A stretch of DNA of 64,000 nt, from the NCBI GenBank assembly GCA_027622665.1, contig JAQBYT010000008.1:71382-135381 (forward strand). Reading direction: 5' to 3'. Of this stretch, positions 10,053-19,705 are shown piece after piece. The DNA comes from Verrucomicrobiota bacterium (GTDB lineage: Bacteria; Verrucomicrobiota; Verrucomicrobiia; Opitutales; Seribacteraceae). A program made the translations under genes and the position numbers. Positions within the stretch are counted from its first letter, which is position 1. Every line of letters starts with the position of its first letter. The notes under the pieces were generated by a model. It ran no database searches. It saw only the letters and a list, made by a program, of their open reading frames with translations, and was not told where the DNA came from.

Positions 10053-11333
10053 ATGAAAAGCCCAATATTGTTTGTTTCCATTTGGGTTAGCACCGCTGCT
10101 ATCGCCTTCTGGCTGGGTACATGGTTTTCAAATAAAGATACTGCCTCCATTCAGGTTTCCGAGCGACAAACAGCCTCTAATTCACAAGTATCAGGAGATG
10201 GCGACTCCCTGAATTCCTCGAACATCGCTCCTTCCGGACTTGCCGTTGAAGCTGAAAACTCGATTTCTTCCGCAGCAGAAAATTCGGCTCAAACCGAAAA
10301 GGTGATCGCCTTGCCGCCTAACTTGCGAAGGGCCATGAAGGCAAGTGGGTTGGTGGAGCGCTTGGGTGCTTATCTTGATGCCGTCCGAGCCATGGACGCA
10401 GGGAATGCGAAGTTGGTAATCGCCGCATTTGAGGCTCTTCCTACAGGATATGGTCGGCATCTTGAGATGAAACTGCTTATGCGCAGTTGGGCGACCTTCG
10501 ATCCCGTTGGAGCCCTCGCTTATGCAAATGAAAAATTAGACGCCAAGAGCGAACGGCGCTTTGCCGTTGCGGAAGCTCTGGCGGAATGGGCTTCCCTTGA
10601 TTCGCAGGCCGCTTTCGAGTGGGCCAAGAACAACAATGACAATCAAACTGGTGACAACCCCCTACTTGCAGGAGTAATTAAAGGCGTGGCCGAAAAAGAC
10701 TTGGAAGCGGCGACCGCTATGTTTTTCGAACTTCCGAATGGGAACGCTCGCTGGCAAGCCTCCAATCATCTCGTCCAGAAGTACGTCGAGCTTGGAGTGG
10801 ACGAAGCCATCGCTTGGGCCGACCAAATTCCGCGAGACGAACAGAATTTCCGTGAGGTTCTGTTGGGCCAAATCGGTTCTCAAATTGCAAGAAAGGACCC
10901 CGGACGGGCGGCGGAATGGTCCGACACGATGGAAGCGGGAGACGGACGCAACAGGATAATCAACACCGTTCTCGGACAATGGGTCGGAAAGGATGCGAAA
11001 GCTGCAGCGGACTGGAGCGCCAAGATCGAAGACGTTGGCACCCGTCAGCATGCAATGACCCAGTTGACGAACTATTGGGCCGTTCGTGATCCTGTGGCCA
11101 CGGCTCAATGGCTAAACGACTTTCCGCGATCAACTGAAATGGATCCCGTGGTTGGCACATTCGTATCGCGCATTTCGGGACGAGATCCTGCGGGGGCCGT
11201 GGATTGGGCTCGATCGATCGTGGATCAGAAGAAACAGGATACGGCTCTCCGGCAAGCCCTCACCGCTTGGCGTCGCATAGACAAGGTTGCTGCAGAGAAC
11301 TGGACCAACGCAAACGCCCCTCACTTAAAGTAG
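10053..11333 (+). CDS. Membrane-anchored/secreted helical-repeat protein of unknown function
   Basis: N-terminal hydrophobic segment, Ser-rich linker, then repeated W...DPxAAxxW units (DPVGALAY, DSQAAFEW, DPGRAAEW, DAKAAADW, DPVATAQW, DPAGAVDW). Confidence 0.8.
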   Translation: MKSPILFVSIWVSTAAIAFWLGTWFSNKDTASIQVSERQTASNSQVSGDGDSLNSSNIAPSGLAVEAENSISSAAENSAQTEKVIALPPNLRRAMKASGLVERLGAYLDAVRAMDAGNAKLVIAAFEALPTGYGRHLEMKLLMRSWATFDPVGALAYANEKLDAKSERRFAVAEALAEWASLDSQAAFEWAKNNNDNQTGDNPLLAGVIKGVAEKDLEAATAMFFELPNGNARWQASNHLVQKYVELGVDEAIAWADQIPRDEQNFREVLLGQIGSQIARKDPGRAAEWSDTMEAGDGRNRIINTVLGQWVGKDAKAAADWSAKIEDVGTRQHAMTQLTNYWAVRDPVATAQWLNDFPRSTEMDPVVGTFVSRISGRDPAGAVDWARSIVDQKKQDTALRQALTAWRRIDKVAAENWTNANAPHLK

Positions 11334-11377
11334 GCCCCGCTTCCGATAAAAGGTAGTGGAGGTTAAGTTTTCGGCAA

Positions 11378-13630
11378 TTAACTCAGGCTAACGGCATCGA
11401 CGTCGAGAACATCGATGATGTCCTTGTCCATCGGGAATTCTTCTCGGAGTTTCTTCAGTACGGGAACCAATCGAGTGACCGATTCGGTAAAGTACCAAAG
11501 ATGGAAACGGTAGCGCCCCTTCATCTTTTCGATCGGAGCGGGAGCAGGACCTCGAGTTTCAACGTCGGACGGAAGCTTGCCTTCAATGTGCCGCACCCAT
11601 TGCTCGGCGAAAAAGAAGGTTTTGTCATCGTTGCGACCGCGAAAAAGGTGCCGAATCAGATGCCGGTAGGGAGGGTAAGAGAATTCCTTTCGCTGCTCCA
11701 GTTCATCTTCCAGAAACCCTTTCAGGTCAGATCTGCGAGCGTACTGAATGCTAGGGGCATGAGGAGCAAAAGACTGAACGAAGACCTCCCCTGCACGATC
11801 ACCTCTACCTGCCCGGCCTGCCACTTGAACAAGTAATTGAAAGGCCCTTTCCGATGCCCGGAAATCCTCCATGCGGAGAGGCAGGTCGGCGTCGACAACC
11901 CCAACCAGCGTGACGTTTGGAAAGTCTAAGCCCTTGGCAATCATCTGGGTGCCCACAAGGACGTCGATCCTACCCTTTCGGAAATCGGCGAGAATTTTGC
12001 GGAAGAGATTTTTGCGGGTCATCACGTCGGCGTCGATTCGAACGACGACGGCATTACGGGGAAGCATGTCTCGGGCAATATCCTCGATTCGCTGCGTGCC
12101 GTGCCCCTTTCGAATGATTTCCGGGGATTGGCACGATGGGCAAACTCTGGGAGCATCCCGTTGGTGTCCGCAGAGATGGCAGCGGAGACGACTGTCGGTC
12201 CGATGGAAGGTCAAGGAAATGCTGCAGTGCTTGCATTGCTCGACATGCCCGCATTCGGGGCAGAGCATGGTGGTGTTGAACCCTCGCCGGTTTAGAAAGA
12301 GAATACTTTGTTCGCGGGCGGCGCAGCGCTGTCGCAGGGCTTCCACGAGTGGTCGTGAAAGCACGGAATTTGAATCCCTTCTAAGAGCTTCGCGACGCAT
12401 GTCCACGATGTGCACGACAGGGAGTTCCCGACCATCTATGCGATGAGTGAGTTCGATTATGCCGTATTTGCCGGACCGAACGTTTCGAACAGACTCTAGC
12501 GATGGAGTGGCGGAACCGAGCACGCAAGTGGCACCGGCCAGCATTGAACGGTATACCGCGACGTCCCTACCGTGATAACGCGGGGTCTCATCTTGTTTGT
12601 AGGCGGGCTCGTGCTCCTCGTCGACTATCACCAGGCGCAGGTTTCGCAATGGAGCGAAAACAGCGGATCTCGCCCCCACGACGATACGGGCTCGTCCTGA
12701 CGCGACGGAGCTCCAAGCATCAAGACGTTCACCGGCGGAAAGGTGACTGTGCCAGACGACGACCTCCGTGTCGTCTTCCGAAAAACGGCCGCGCAATCGA
12801 GCCACGGTTTGTGGAGCCAAGGCCACCTCGGGGAGTAGAAAGAGAACGGACCCGCCCGACAGCAGAGCATCCTCCATGGCAGCAAAGTAGACCTCCGTCT
12901 TGCCCGAACCGGTGATTCCTTGTAATAGGCGAACCGCAAATTTCTTGGATTTTACGCAGGCTCGCAGTTCCTCGGCGGCGACGGTTTGCTCATCGGTGAG
13001 CTTGGGAGCTTCACGTGCAACTTTTTCTCCTGTATCAAACTCATCGTCATAGGCGACTCGATTCACTTTTTCTCGATTTTCCAAGACCAGCCCCTTCTCG
13101 ACAAGTCCGTCGCAGGTGCCCGCACCTACGCCAAGTGCTTGCAATGTAGCTTCACGGGGAGCCGGATTACTTTGCTTTCTCAGAAATGCGAGTAGCTCGG
13201 CTTGCTTGGGAGCTCGAGACACTAGAGCGGTCGCTTCTTTCTCGGGGATTTTACGATTAATTTCAATCAGTCGACGAGTCTTTTCCTTGGCTCCATCACG
13301 AACGGCGGCGGGAATCATGGCTTCGAGGACGGTTTCCTGCTTGGCGGCGTAATAGTCGGCCAACCAGCGGGCCAGAGAAATGAGATCGGGAGTGAGGACG
13401 GGTTCTTCTCGAGCAAGGGTTATGAGAAACTTCAACTTTGACGCTTCCGGTTTCACCTTTGGGATTAGGCTTGTGACGATGCCCATCACTTGCCTCCTGC
13501 CAAGAGGAATTCGAACCAATGAACCGATCGCCAATCTTCCGCAAAAGGGAAGAGGCACGGCATAGGTGAGAGATTGGTCGAAACCGGACAGAGGCAAAAC
13601 CTCGACCAGTTCGTCGCGAGGTGTAGTCAT
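11378..13630 (-). CDS. priA: Primosomal protein N' (replication restart helicase)
   Basis: GITGSGKTEVY, DEEHE, four CxxC Zn knuckles, GTQMIAKGLDFP, QVAGRAGR; start ATG 13630 just after the upstream gene. Confidence 0.96.
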   Translation of the reverse strand: MTTPRDELVEVLPLSGFDQSLTYAVPLPFCGRLAIGSLVRIPLGRRQVMGIVTSLIPKVKPEASKLKFLITLAREEPVLTPDLISLARWLADYYAAKQETVLEAMIPAAVRDGAKEKTRRLIEINRKIPEKEATALVSRAPKQAELLAFLRKQSNPAPREATLQALGVGAGTCDGLVEKGLVLENREKVNRVAYDDEFDTGEKVAREAPKLTDEQTVAAEELRACVKSKKFAVRLLQGITGSGKTEVYFAAMEDALLSGGSVLFLLPEVALAPQTVARLRGRFSEDDTEVVVWHSHLSAGERLDAWSSVASGRARIVVGARSAVFAPLRNLRLVIVDEEHEPAYKQDETPRYHGRDVAVYRSMLAGATCVLGSATPSLESVRNVRSGKYGIIELTHRIDGRELPVVHIVDMRREALRRDSNSVLSRPLVEALRQRCAAREQSILFLNRRGFNTTMLCPECGHVEQCKHCSISLTFHRTDSRLRCHLCGHQRDAPRVCPSCQSPEIIRKGHGTQRIEDIARDMLPRNAVVVRIDADVMTRKNLFRKILADFRKGRIDVLVGTQMIAKGLDFPNVTLVGVVDADLPLRMEDFRASERAFQLLVQVAGRAGRGDRAGEVFVQSFAPHAPSIQYARRSDLKGFLEDELEQRKEFSYPPYRHLIRHLFRGRNDDKTFFFAEQWVRHIEGKLPSDVETRGPAPAPIEKMKGRYRFHLWYFTESVTRLVPVLKKLREEFPMDKDIIDVLDVDAVSLS

Positions 13631-13637
13631 TGTTTCC

Positions 13638-15047
13638 TCAATTTTTGCGCAGGTCGTAGCAAAGGATACGGGTCGGGGTGTTGGACATGCGATCAGTGTC
13701 GTTCTGCATAACGTAAAGAAGTCCTCGAGAAACCGCAGGGAGAGTCCATGTGCCCGAAGCAAAGAAAAGTTGGGCTTTGGAGAGAATCTTCCAACCCTTT
13801 GGAGACAGATCAAGCCATAGGAGACTGCCCAATTCTGAAAGACATAAGTAATGCCCGTCGGCACGAAGAAGCGAGGCGCGAAAGGCTTCGAGAGGAAGCT
13901 TTCGACCCTGAACTTCTTGCTCCCATGCAATGCGGTTTCTCCATACCTCCTTGCCCGTGTCCACTTCAACGCAAACCATCTCAGCTCCTTGCTGATGCCT
14001 GCCGCTCACTCCATAAAGATGGCCGTCGAAAAGTATGGGGGTCATCCAGTGAATATTGAAGTCGGGCTTCTTCCATAGCACCTTGGCGACGAACTTTTCG
14101 TTGAACTCGACGAGTACGCCACCTAATTCGTAGCACTCGGAAAGGAACACCCGGTTCTTGCCAACAGGCACGGGTGGCACAGCATTGGCAGACTCGTATT
14201 TATCCGCCCGCCATGGGAAACGAGCGAGTTTCTCGCCTGTTTTGGGATCAAGAACCAAGAGCCCTCCTTTGGGTGGACGACTTTTTCCTCCGGTTAATAC
14301 GAGACAGACCTCTTTGCCATGGATCCTTGCCAGAGTGGGAGAAGAGTAGCTAGCACCCCAGGAATCTTTTGCGATCCACGCCTGTTTGCCTGTCTTCTTG
14401 TCAAAGGCCACGACGCACCGATCTTCCGAACCGCCTATGTTAAGGATCAACTTGTCACCCGCAACGATCGGGTTTGACCCTTTTCCAAAGAAGTATTCGG
14501 GAACGGCGAATTCCTCGGCCAAGTTTCGATTCCAGATGAGTTTTCCCGTCTCGAGGTTTAGGCAGGTCAACCAAGCGGTTACTCCGTGCAGGTACACGTG
14601 CTCCCCATCAATGACAGGGCTAGTGCGGGGACCGTTTGAATAACCGTAGCGATCCCTGTATTCTACGGGGTATTCGTAACTCCAATAGCGCTTGCCGCTC
14701 TCGGGATGAAGGCACTCCACCGTTTCCTTTCCATTCAGTCGGTGAAAAAGGACTAGCCGTTCTCCCTTGATTCCCGGCGAGGCGTACCCTTCGCCTTTTT
14801 CTGCCTCCCAGAGGAGAGTGGGTCCTGCGGGCAACCATTTCTTAATCAAGGGTTTTTCGGTCGAAACGGCATTGTCTGCAGGTCCGTTGAAACGAGGCCA
14901 GTCATTCGTAACGGCTCCTTTCCCCAAGGGTTCGGGACCTTTATGAAAGGTGAGCCGGTCGAAAGGCAGAGGCGATGTCAGTTCATCGCCGGAAAGCCCA
15001 GATGACGTTAATAAGTAGAATAGAAAAAGAAAGGAAAAGCACTGCAT
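13638..15047 (-). CDS. Secreted PQQ-like beta-propeller protein (BamB/PQQ_2-like)
   Basis: Signal peptide, DWPRFNGP, repeated CL-x-x-x-[ST]GK-x-x-W blades, GPRTSP, ASYSSP. Confidence 0.85.
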   Translation of the reverse strand: MQCFSFLFLFYLLTSSGLSGDELTSPLPFDRLTFHKGPEPLGKGAVTNDWPRFNGPADNAVSTEKPLIKKWLPAGPTLLWEAEKGEGYASPGIKGERLVLFHRLNGKETVECLHPESGKRYWSYEYPVEYRDRYGYSNGPRTSPVIDGEHVYLHGVTAWLTCLNLETGKLIWNRNLAEEFAVPEYFFGKGSNPIVAGDKLILNIGGSEDRCVVAFDKKTGKQAWIAKDSWGASYSSPTLARIHGKEVCLVLTGGKSRPPKGGLLVLDPKTGEKLARFPWRADKYESANAVPPVPVGKNRVFLSECYELGGVLVEFNEKFVAKVLWKKPDFNIHWMTPILFDGHLYGVSGRHQQGAEMVCVEVDTGKEVWRNRIAWEQEVQGRKLPLEAFRASLLRADGHYLCLSELGSLLWLDLSPKGWKILSKAQLFFASGTWTLPAVSRGLLYVMQNDTDRMSNTPTRILCYDLRKN

Positions 15048-15186
15048 TCAATCAAAAGTTGGTGCACCCTTCCCTTCCAAGCAATCCGAAATGCATAAAA
15101 AGGAAATCATTCCGTACTTGTAATGCATCCACTAGATCTTCTATTTAGGGATGATTAAATCGTCTTTCTGATCACACCTTTCTTTT

Positions 15187-16893
15187 GTGAAGAACATCGT
15201 TCATTCGATTCCAAGCGTTTTTAAGCATCGCAACAAAACGCGCAACGCCTCGCGCATTTTTTGGTTCGTCCTAATTCTGCTTTTCTTTGTGTCTGTCCAT
15301 ATGGCGGTCTACAGGCACTTGATGTCGGCGGAACTGCTTGTAATTGGAGAAACCCGAGACATAAACCTCGTGGAAAGTTTTTATTGGGTGCTGACCACAA
15401 TGTCCACCCTGGGTTACGGCGACATTCACTTTGTCGGAGACGGTGGTCGAATTTTCTCGATGGTAGTTATGTTTACGGGCGTCATCTACCTATTCATTGT
15501 CCTTCCGTTTTTCTTCATGGAGTTTCTGTATAAGCCCTTCATGGAGTATCAAACCGGAGCTCGCGTACCTCGAAAGTTTGACCCAGTCGAGAAACCGCAT
15601 GTAATCCTGACTCACTATGATTCCGTAAGCCACGCGTTAATGGAAAAGCTCCGGCAATTCGGCTACCCCTTCGTTATCATTGTGGAAAAGCTGAATGAGG
15701 CTCTTGATATTCACGATATGGGCATGCCCGTTATGCTCGGGAGTTTGGATGAAATCGAAACTTTTAATAAAGCCTCTATTCACAATGCCGCCATGGTCGT
15801 CGCGACCGACGACGACATCCGCAACGTCAACATTGCATTTCGGGCCAAAGACGCCGCCCCCGACGTTACTGTCGCCGCCCATTGTTCCCGTGCCGGCTCC
15901 GAGGACGTACTGACCCTTGCCGGGGCTGATCACGTGATTCGCAACGCCAAGCAGATGGGCACATTTCTTGCCCGCCGTATTTCCTGTACAGATACGCGTA
16001 CCCACGTAATCGGCTCTTTCGACGAAGTTCTTATCGCAGAAGCAACCATTCACGGCACTCCACTGGTCGGTCTTACACTCAAGGAAACAAAGCTTCGCGA
16101 GGACTTCGGTGTCAATGTCGTAGGTATGTGGGAACGTGGACACTTCGACAACCCCGATCCTGATGCCGTATTGACAAATCACACCGTTATCCTTCTCGCC
16201 GGAACGGAAAGCAACTTCTCGAGTTATGACGAAAAATTCTGCCACTACGAGACCAACAACTCACCGGTCATCATTATCGGCGCAGGACGCGTGGGCCGTG
16301 CCACGGCCTCTGCCCTAGAAGAAACCAAAGTGCCTTATCGCGTCGTCGAGACTGACGAGGTGAAGGCCAGTAAAGTCAAGGATGCCATACTTGGGGACGC
16401 TGCCGAGCGCTCTGTCCTCGAGCGAGCCGGGATAAACAAGGCTCCCGCCGTCGTGATCACCAGTCACAGTGACGCAATCAACATCTATCTCACGATATAC
16501 TGCCGGAAACTTCGTCCGGACATTCAAATCATCACGCGAGCTTTCCTTCACCGAAACGTGGAACCTCTGCACCGAGCGGGAGCTGACTACGTCATGTCGC
16601 AGGACCACATGGGTGCAAACACCTTTTTCAACCTCCTCAACCGTGCCGAAATCCTCATGGTCACGGAAGGTCTAGACGTATTCAGCCAGAAGACGCCTCC
16701 CGCCCTCGTCGGCGTCTCCGTAAAGGATTGCAATATACGCGAAAAGACCGGTTGCAGCATTGTTGCCATTAAGCACGTGGCAAAAACCATCATCACCCCT
16801 TCCCCGAACGATACCTTCTCAGAAGACGGCGAGATCATCCTCATCGGCGACGAAGCAGCTGAAAAAGAGTTCGAAGAAAAGTTCGGTAGCTGA
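15187..16893 (+). CDS. Potassium channel with tandem RCK (TrkA_N/TrkA_C) domains
   Basis: TTMSTLGYGD selectivity filter between two TM helices; two RCK_N/RCK_C pairs (IIGAGRVG in the second). Confidence 0.92.
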   Translation: MKNIVHSIPSVFKHRNKTRNASRIFWFVLILLFFVSVHMAVYRHLMSAELLVIGETRDINLVESFYWVLTTMSTLGYGDIHFVGDGGRIFSMVVMFTGVIYLFIVLPFFFMEFLYKPFMEYQTGARVPRKFDPVEKPHVILTHYDSVSHALMEKLRQFGYPFVIIVEKLNEALDIHDMGMPVMLGSLDEIETFNKASIHNAAMVVATDDDIRNVNIAFRAKDAAPDVTVAAHCSRAGSEDVLTLAGADHVIRNAKQMGTFLARRISCTDTRTHVIGSFDEVLIAEATIHGTPLVGLTLKETKLREDFGVNVVGMWERGHFDNPDPDAVLTNHTVILLAGTESNFSSYDEKFCHYETNNSPVIIIGAGRVGRATASALEETKVPYRVVETDEVKASKVKDAILGDAAERSVLERAGINKAPAVVITSHSDAINIYLTIYCRKLRPDIQIITRAFLHRNVEPLHRAGADYVMSQDHMGANTFFNLLNRAEILMVTEGLDVFSQKTPPALVGVSVKDCNIREKTGCSIVAIKHVAKTIITPSPNDTFSEDGEIILIGDEAAEKEFEEKFGS

Positions 16894-16912
16894 TGTTTTC
16901 TCTTGAATCGTC

Positions 16913-18220
16913 TCAATTCCAACTTGCAGAAGTTTCCGCCAGAAGCCATTCGGCGTTGGTCAAGGCATCGTAGGCAGCTTCAATCCAAGCATGGTGATTT
17001 TCTGAACCCGAGAAACGAACACGAGAGTCGGGAGCGAATATTTCGGGAAAGCGCTCGGGGTCTTTCATCATGCCGCGAACGGCCCGATCGGAAAGATAAA
17101 TAAGCGTGGCCAGAGGTTCGCATACTCCCGCTTTCCACGGTTCCCGCCAATATTCCACTGCGGTTGACATGATTACGGGGAAGCGTCCTTTCCGCATCCA
17201 ATCCGCACCTACGGCGGCATTGTCATAGCCAAGTTGAGCGATCTCTCCGTTACGATTGATCGGTGTCGTAAGTTGACCGAGGAAACCACTTGAGTTTTCA
17301 TCTCGTCGCCGTTGGAGAATGGTGCGACCTATGTCACGGAGGAGGGCCGTAGCATATGCGAATGATGGGTTCTCACCGACCTCGAGCGCCATGGTCTTGG
17401 CCACGCAAGCTCCGCAATAGGCTCGCATCCAGTAGTCCTTCTCTTTGAGACCGTATAGGTCGAGATCGGAGTGGGACACTTCGTTCTTGAGAATCATTTC
17501 CGCTACGCGTCTCACTTCGGAATGTCCGCCACGAGTAAGGGCTTCATCAATGGAATGGCAGGGATCAAAAAAACCGTAAAAGGAACGGTTTCCGAGTTTC
17601 ATGACTTGGGCGGCAAAAGACGGGTGATTCCTAGCGAGTTCACCGAGGCGACGAGCCGATTCCTCGAGAGAAAAGGGCTTGTCGAGAGTTCTCCTCAGTC
17701 GCCGATTTAGGTCGGTCCCCGAGGAGAGACGTCTCCCCTGCCCCACAACTTCCTCGATTTCGGGAGCACGACTGAAGTACGACTCCGAACCTACCGTACT
17801 TGATTGACCCGCCCATTTTGTGATTTCTTGATTAAGGAGCGAACGAGCATGGAGTTCCGACTCGTGAAAGGCACGTTCCACTTGGGCTAAGAGTTCGCGT
17901 GGTTCGGCAACCTTGTTAACAAAAGCAAAAGCGTGCCTGATCATAGCTTCTCGGGCTACTTCGGGGTTGGCCTTTGCCGTATGGACGATGACCCGCAACT
18001 CGCTCCATCTGTGGAGGAGGGCGGGAATGAGTTCGAGCACGTCCATGTCTTCCAGATGCAAACCCACGATAGCAACAACCGGGGATTTGATTTCCTTTCG
18101 ATCCAGAACTTCTGCGGCTGTTCCGTAAGAGACCGAAGCAAAGCCCTCCGCGTCAAGTTGACGCGAAACAAAACTGCAAACGTCGGGGTTGGCGTCCACT
18201 ATGAGAATCGGCGTTTTCAT
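16913..18220 (-). CDS. Atypical receiver domain + HDOD domain signalling protein
   Basis: Receiver-like N-terminus (ILIVDAN..., VIVHTA, FAFVNK); HDOD-like C-terminus (PSFAAQVMKLGNRSFYG, SIDEALTRGG, AYATALLRDIG, LGYDNAAVGA). Confidence 0.8.
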   Translation of the reverse strand: MKTPILIVDANPDVCSFVSRQLDAEGFASVSYGTAAEVLDRKEIKSPVVAIVGLHLEDMDVLELIPALLHRWSELRVIVHTAKANPEVAREAMIRHAFAFVNKVAEPRELLAQVERAFHESELHARSLLNQEITKWAGQSSTVGSESYFSRAPEIEEVVGQGRRLSSGTDLNRRLRRTLDKPFSLEESARRLGELARNHPSFAAQVMKLGNRSFYGFFDPCHSIDEALTRGGHSEVRRVAEMILKNEVSHSDLDLYGLKEKDYWMRAYCGACVAKTMALEVGENPSFAYATALLRDIGRTILQRRRDENSSGFLGQLTTPINRNGEIAQLGYDNAAVGADWMRKGRFPVIMSTAVEYWREPWKAGVCEPLATLIYLSDRAVRGMMKDPERFPEIFAPDSRVRFSGSENHHAWIEAAYDALTNAEWLLAETSASWN

Positions 18221-18346
18221 GATAGGATTCAACTAGGTCAACTGTTGAGTCCCCATTTGTCATGACTCGGTTATCTTGCTTCTGCAAACGCATCGGGTAT
18301 TTTCTTTAACAAAATTTCATGTAGACTCTCGATTTTAAACTTTCGC

Positions 18347-19579
18347 ATGAACAAAAAAGAACAAGAAAAACCAAATGATGGAGCGGCTCGACTTACCTTC
18401 CGGTACGATTTGCTTCGGAGCACGATGACGGGTGTTCTGGAAACAGGCTTTTCCACTTTCGGGTTACTGGTTGCCATCAGAGCCTTCGAATCTTCGGAAA
18501 CTTGGAAAAGCCTGCTTTCGGGAGCGGTATCGGCAGGTTTGTTGGTTGTTCCTTGGGTAATGGGGATTGCCGCTCGGTCTCGTATGAACGTGACCACCTT
18601 CGGGGCGTGCCTAATGGTTTTGTGCGCAGGTTCCATAGCCGGTGCGGTTGTTGCCGAAGGCGCGGTTAGCTTTACGTTCTTTCTTGTGGCGGCTCAACTC
18701 TGCGTGGCTCAATTACCAAGCTTGATGATTCATGTCTACAGTCTCAACTACGCTCCTGAAGAGCGAGGTAGACGCTTGTCTTGGAATATTATCGTATCCG
18801 CTCTCATCGGCATGACGATTTCTTACGGTTTTGGTGTGTACCTTGACCGAAATCCGGAAAATTATTCATGGATTTTTGCGGGAATGGCCTTGGTGGCGCT
18901 TGCTTCCGCGGCGACCTTACTTCCCATTCCTTCCCTACCACTGGACCTGCCGAAGAAAACACAGGTGTCCTTTTTCTCAGGGTTTTCCATCGCATGGGAG
19001 GACAAACTCTTCGGACGGATGCTCTGTGGGTGGATGGTCATGGGGTTTGGGGTACTGATGACTTTGCCACTGCGTGTTGAGTATCTTGCCGGCGAAGGAG
19101 GATTGGGAATGAGTAACGAGGAAGTGACTTTAGTTGCCGTGGTCGTGTTTTCCATCGCTAGAATCTTGAGTGCCCGCCTCTGGGGGGGGTTGTTCGATCA
19201 CCTCCACTTCATCGGATTTCGTCTATTGCTGAACATATTCCTGCTTCTCGCTTCACTTGTCTATTTCAACGCCGAGAGTTTCATCGGAGTTTGCATAGGA
19301 GCAACATTAGCCGGAATTGGAACTGGTGGTTCTTCGATCGCGTGGAGTTTGTGGGTGACGAAACTAGCCCCCAAAGGACGTGAAGCCGAGTACATGGGAG
19401 CTCATGTCGCTTTTACGGGAGTAAGGGGCGTGCTGGCTCCTTTTCTGGGTTACTGGGTGTTGTCGAAGGCAGGCTTTTCGGGAGTGGCTTGGATCTCGGC
19501 ATCACTCATCTTGGCATCTTCGTTTATGTTTGCCGCAGTTTTGCGGCACCCACGATTTCGGCTCGATAGTTCCAATTAA
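18347..19579 (+). CDS. MFS transporter
   Basis: 410 aa with about 12 hydrophobic segments; YAPEERGR loop; WGGLFDH motif-A-like segment. Confidence 0.85.
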   Translation: MNKKEQEKPNDGAARLTFRYDLLRSTMTGVLETGFSTFGLLVAIRAFESSETWKSLLSGAVSAGLLVVPWVMGIAARSRMNVTTFGACLMVLCAGSIAGAVVAEGAVSFTFFLVAAQLCVAQLPSLMIHVYSLNYAPEERGRRLSWNIIVSALIGMTISYGFGVYLDRNPENYSWIFAGMALVALASAATLLPIPSLPLDLPKKTQVSFFSGFSIAWEDKLFGRMLCGWMVMGFGVLMTLPLRVEYLAGEGGLGMSNEEVTLVAVVVFSIARILSARLWGGLFDHLHFIGFRLLLNIFLLLASLVYFNAESFIGVCIGATLAGIGTGGSSIAWSLWVTKLAPKGREAEYMGAHVAFTGVRGVLAPFLGYWVLSKAGFSGVAWISASLILASSFMFAAVLRHPRFRLDSSN

Positions 19580-19705
19580 GGTGAAATTCTCGCCGGATGG
19601 GTTTGCTGAATATCGAGCTGTTTTTTGGAAGCGAGATCGGAATTAGAACATTGTGCTAATGTAACGATTCGGCAATAATCTACTCTAATTAAAGCATTTA
19701 TCGAC

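Noticed and set aside
13631..13969. 113-aa N-terminal extension of PriA in the ORF track
   Set aside because: Overlaps the upstream propeller gene on the same strand; ATG 13630 gives a normal-length PriA
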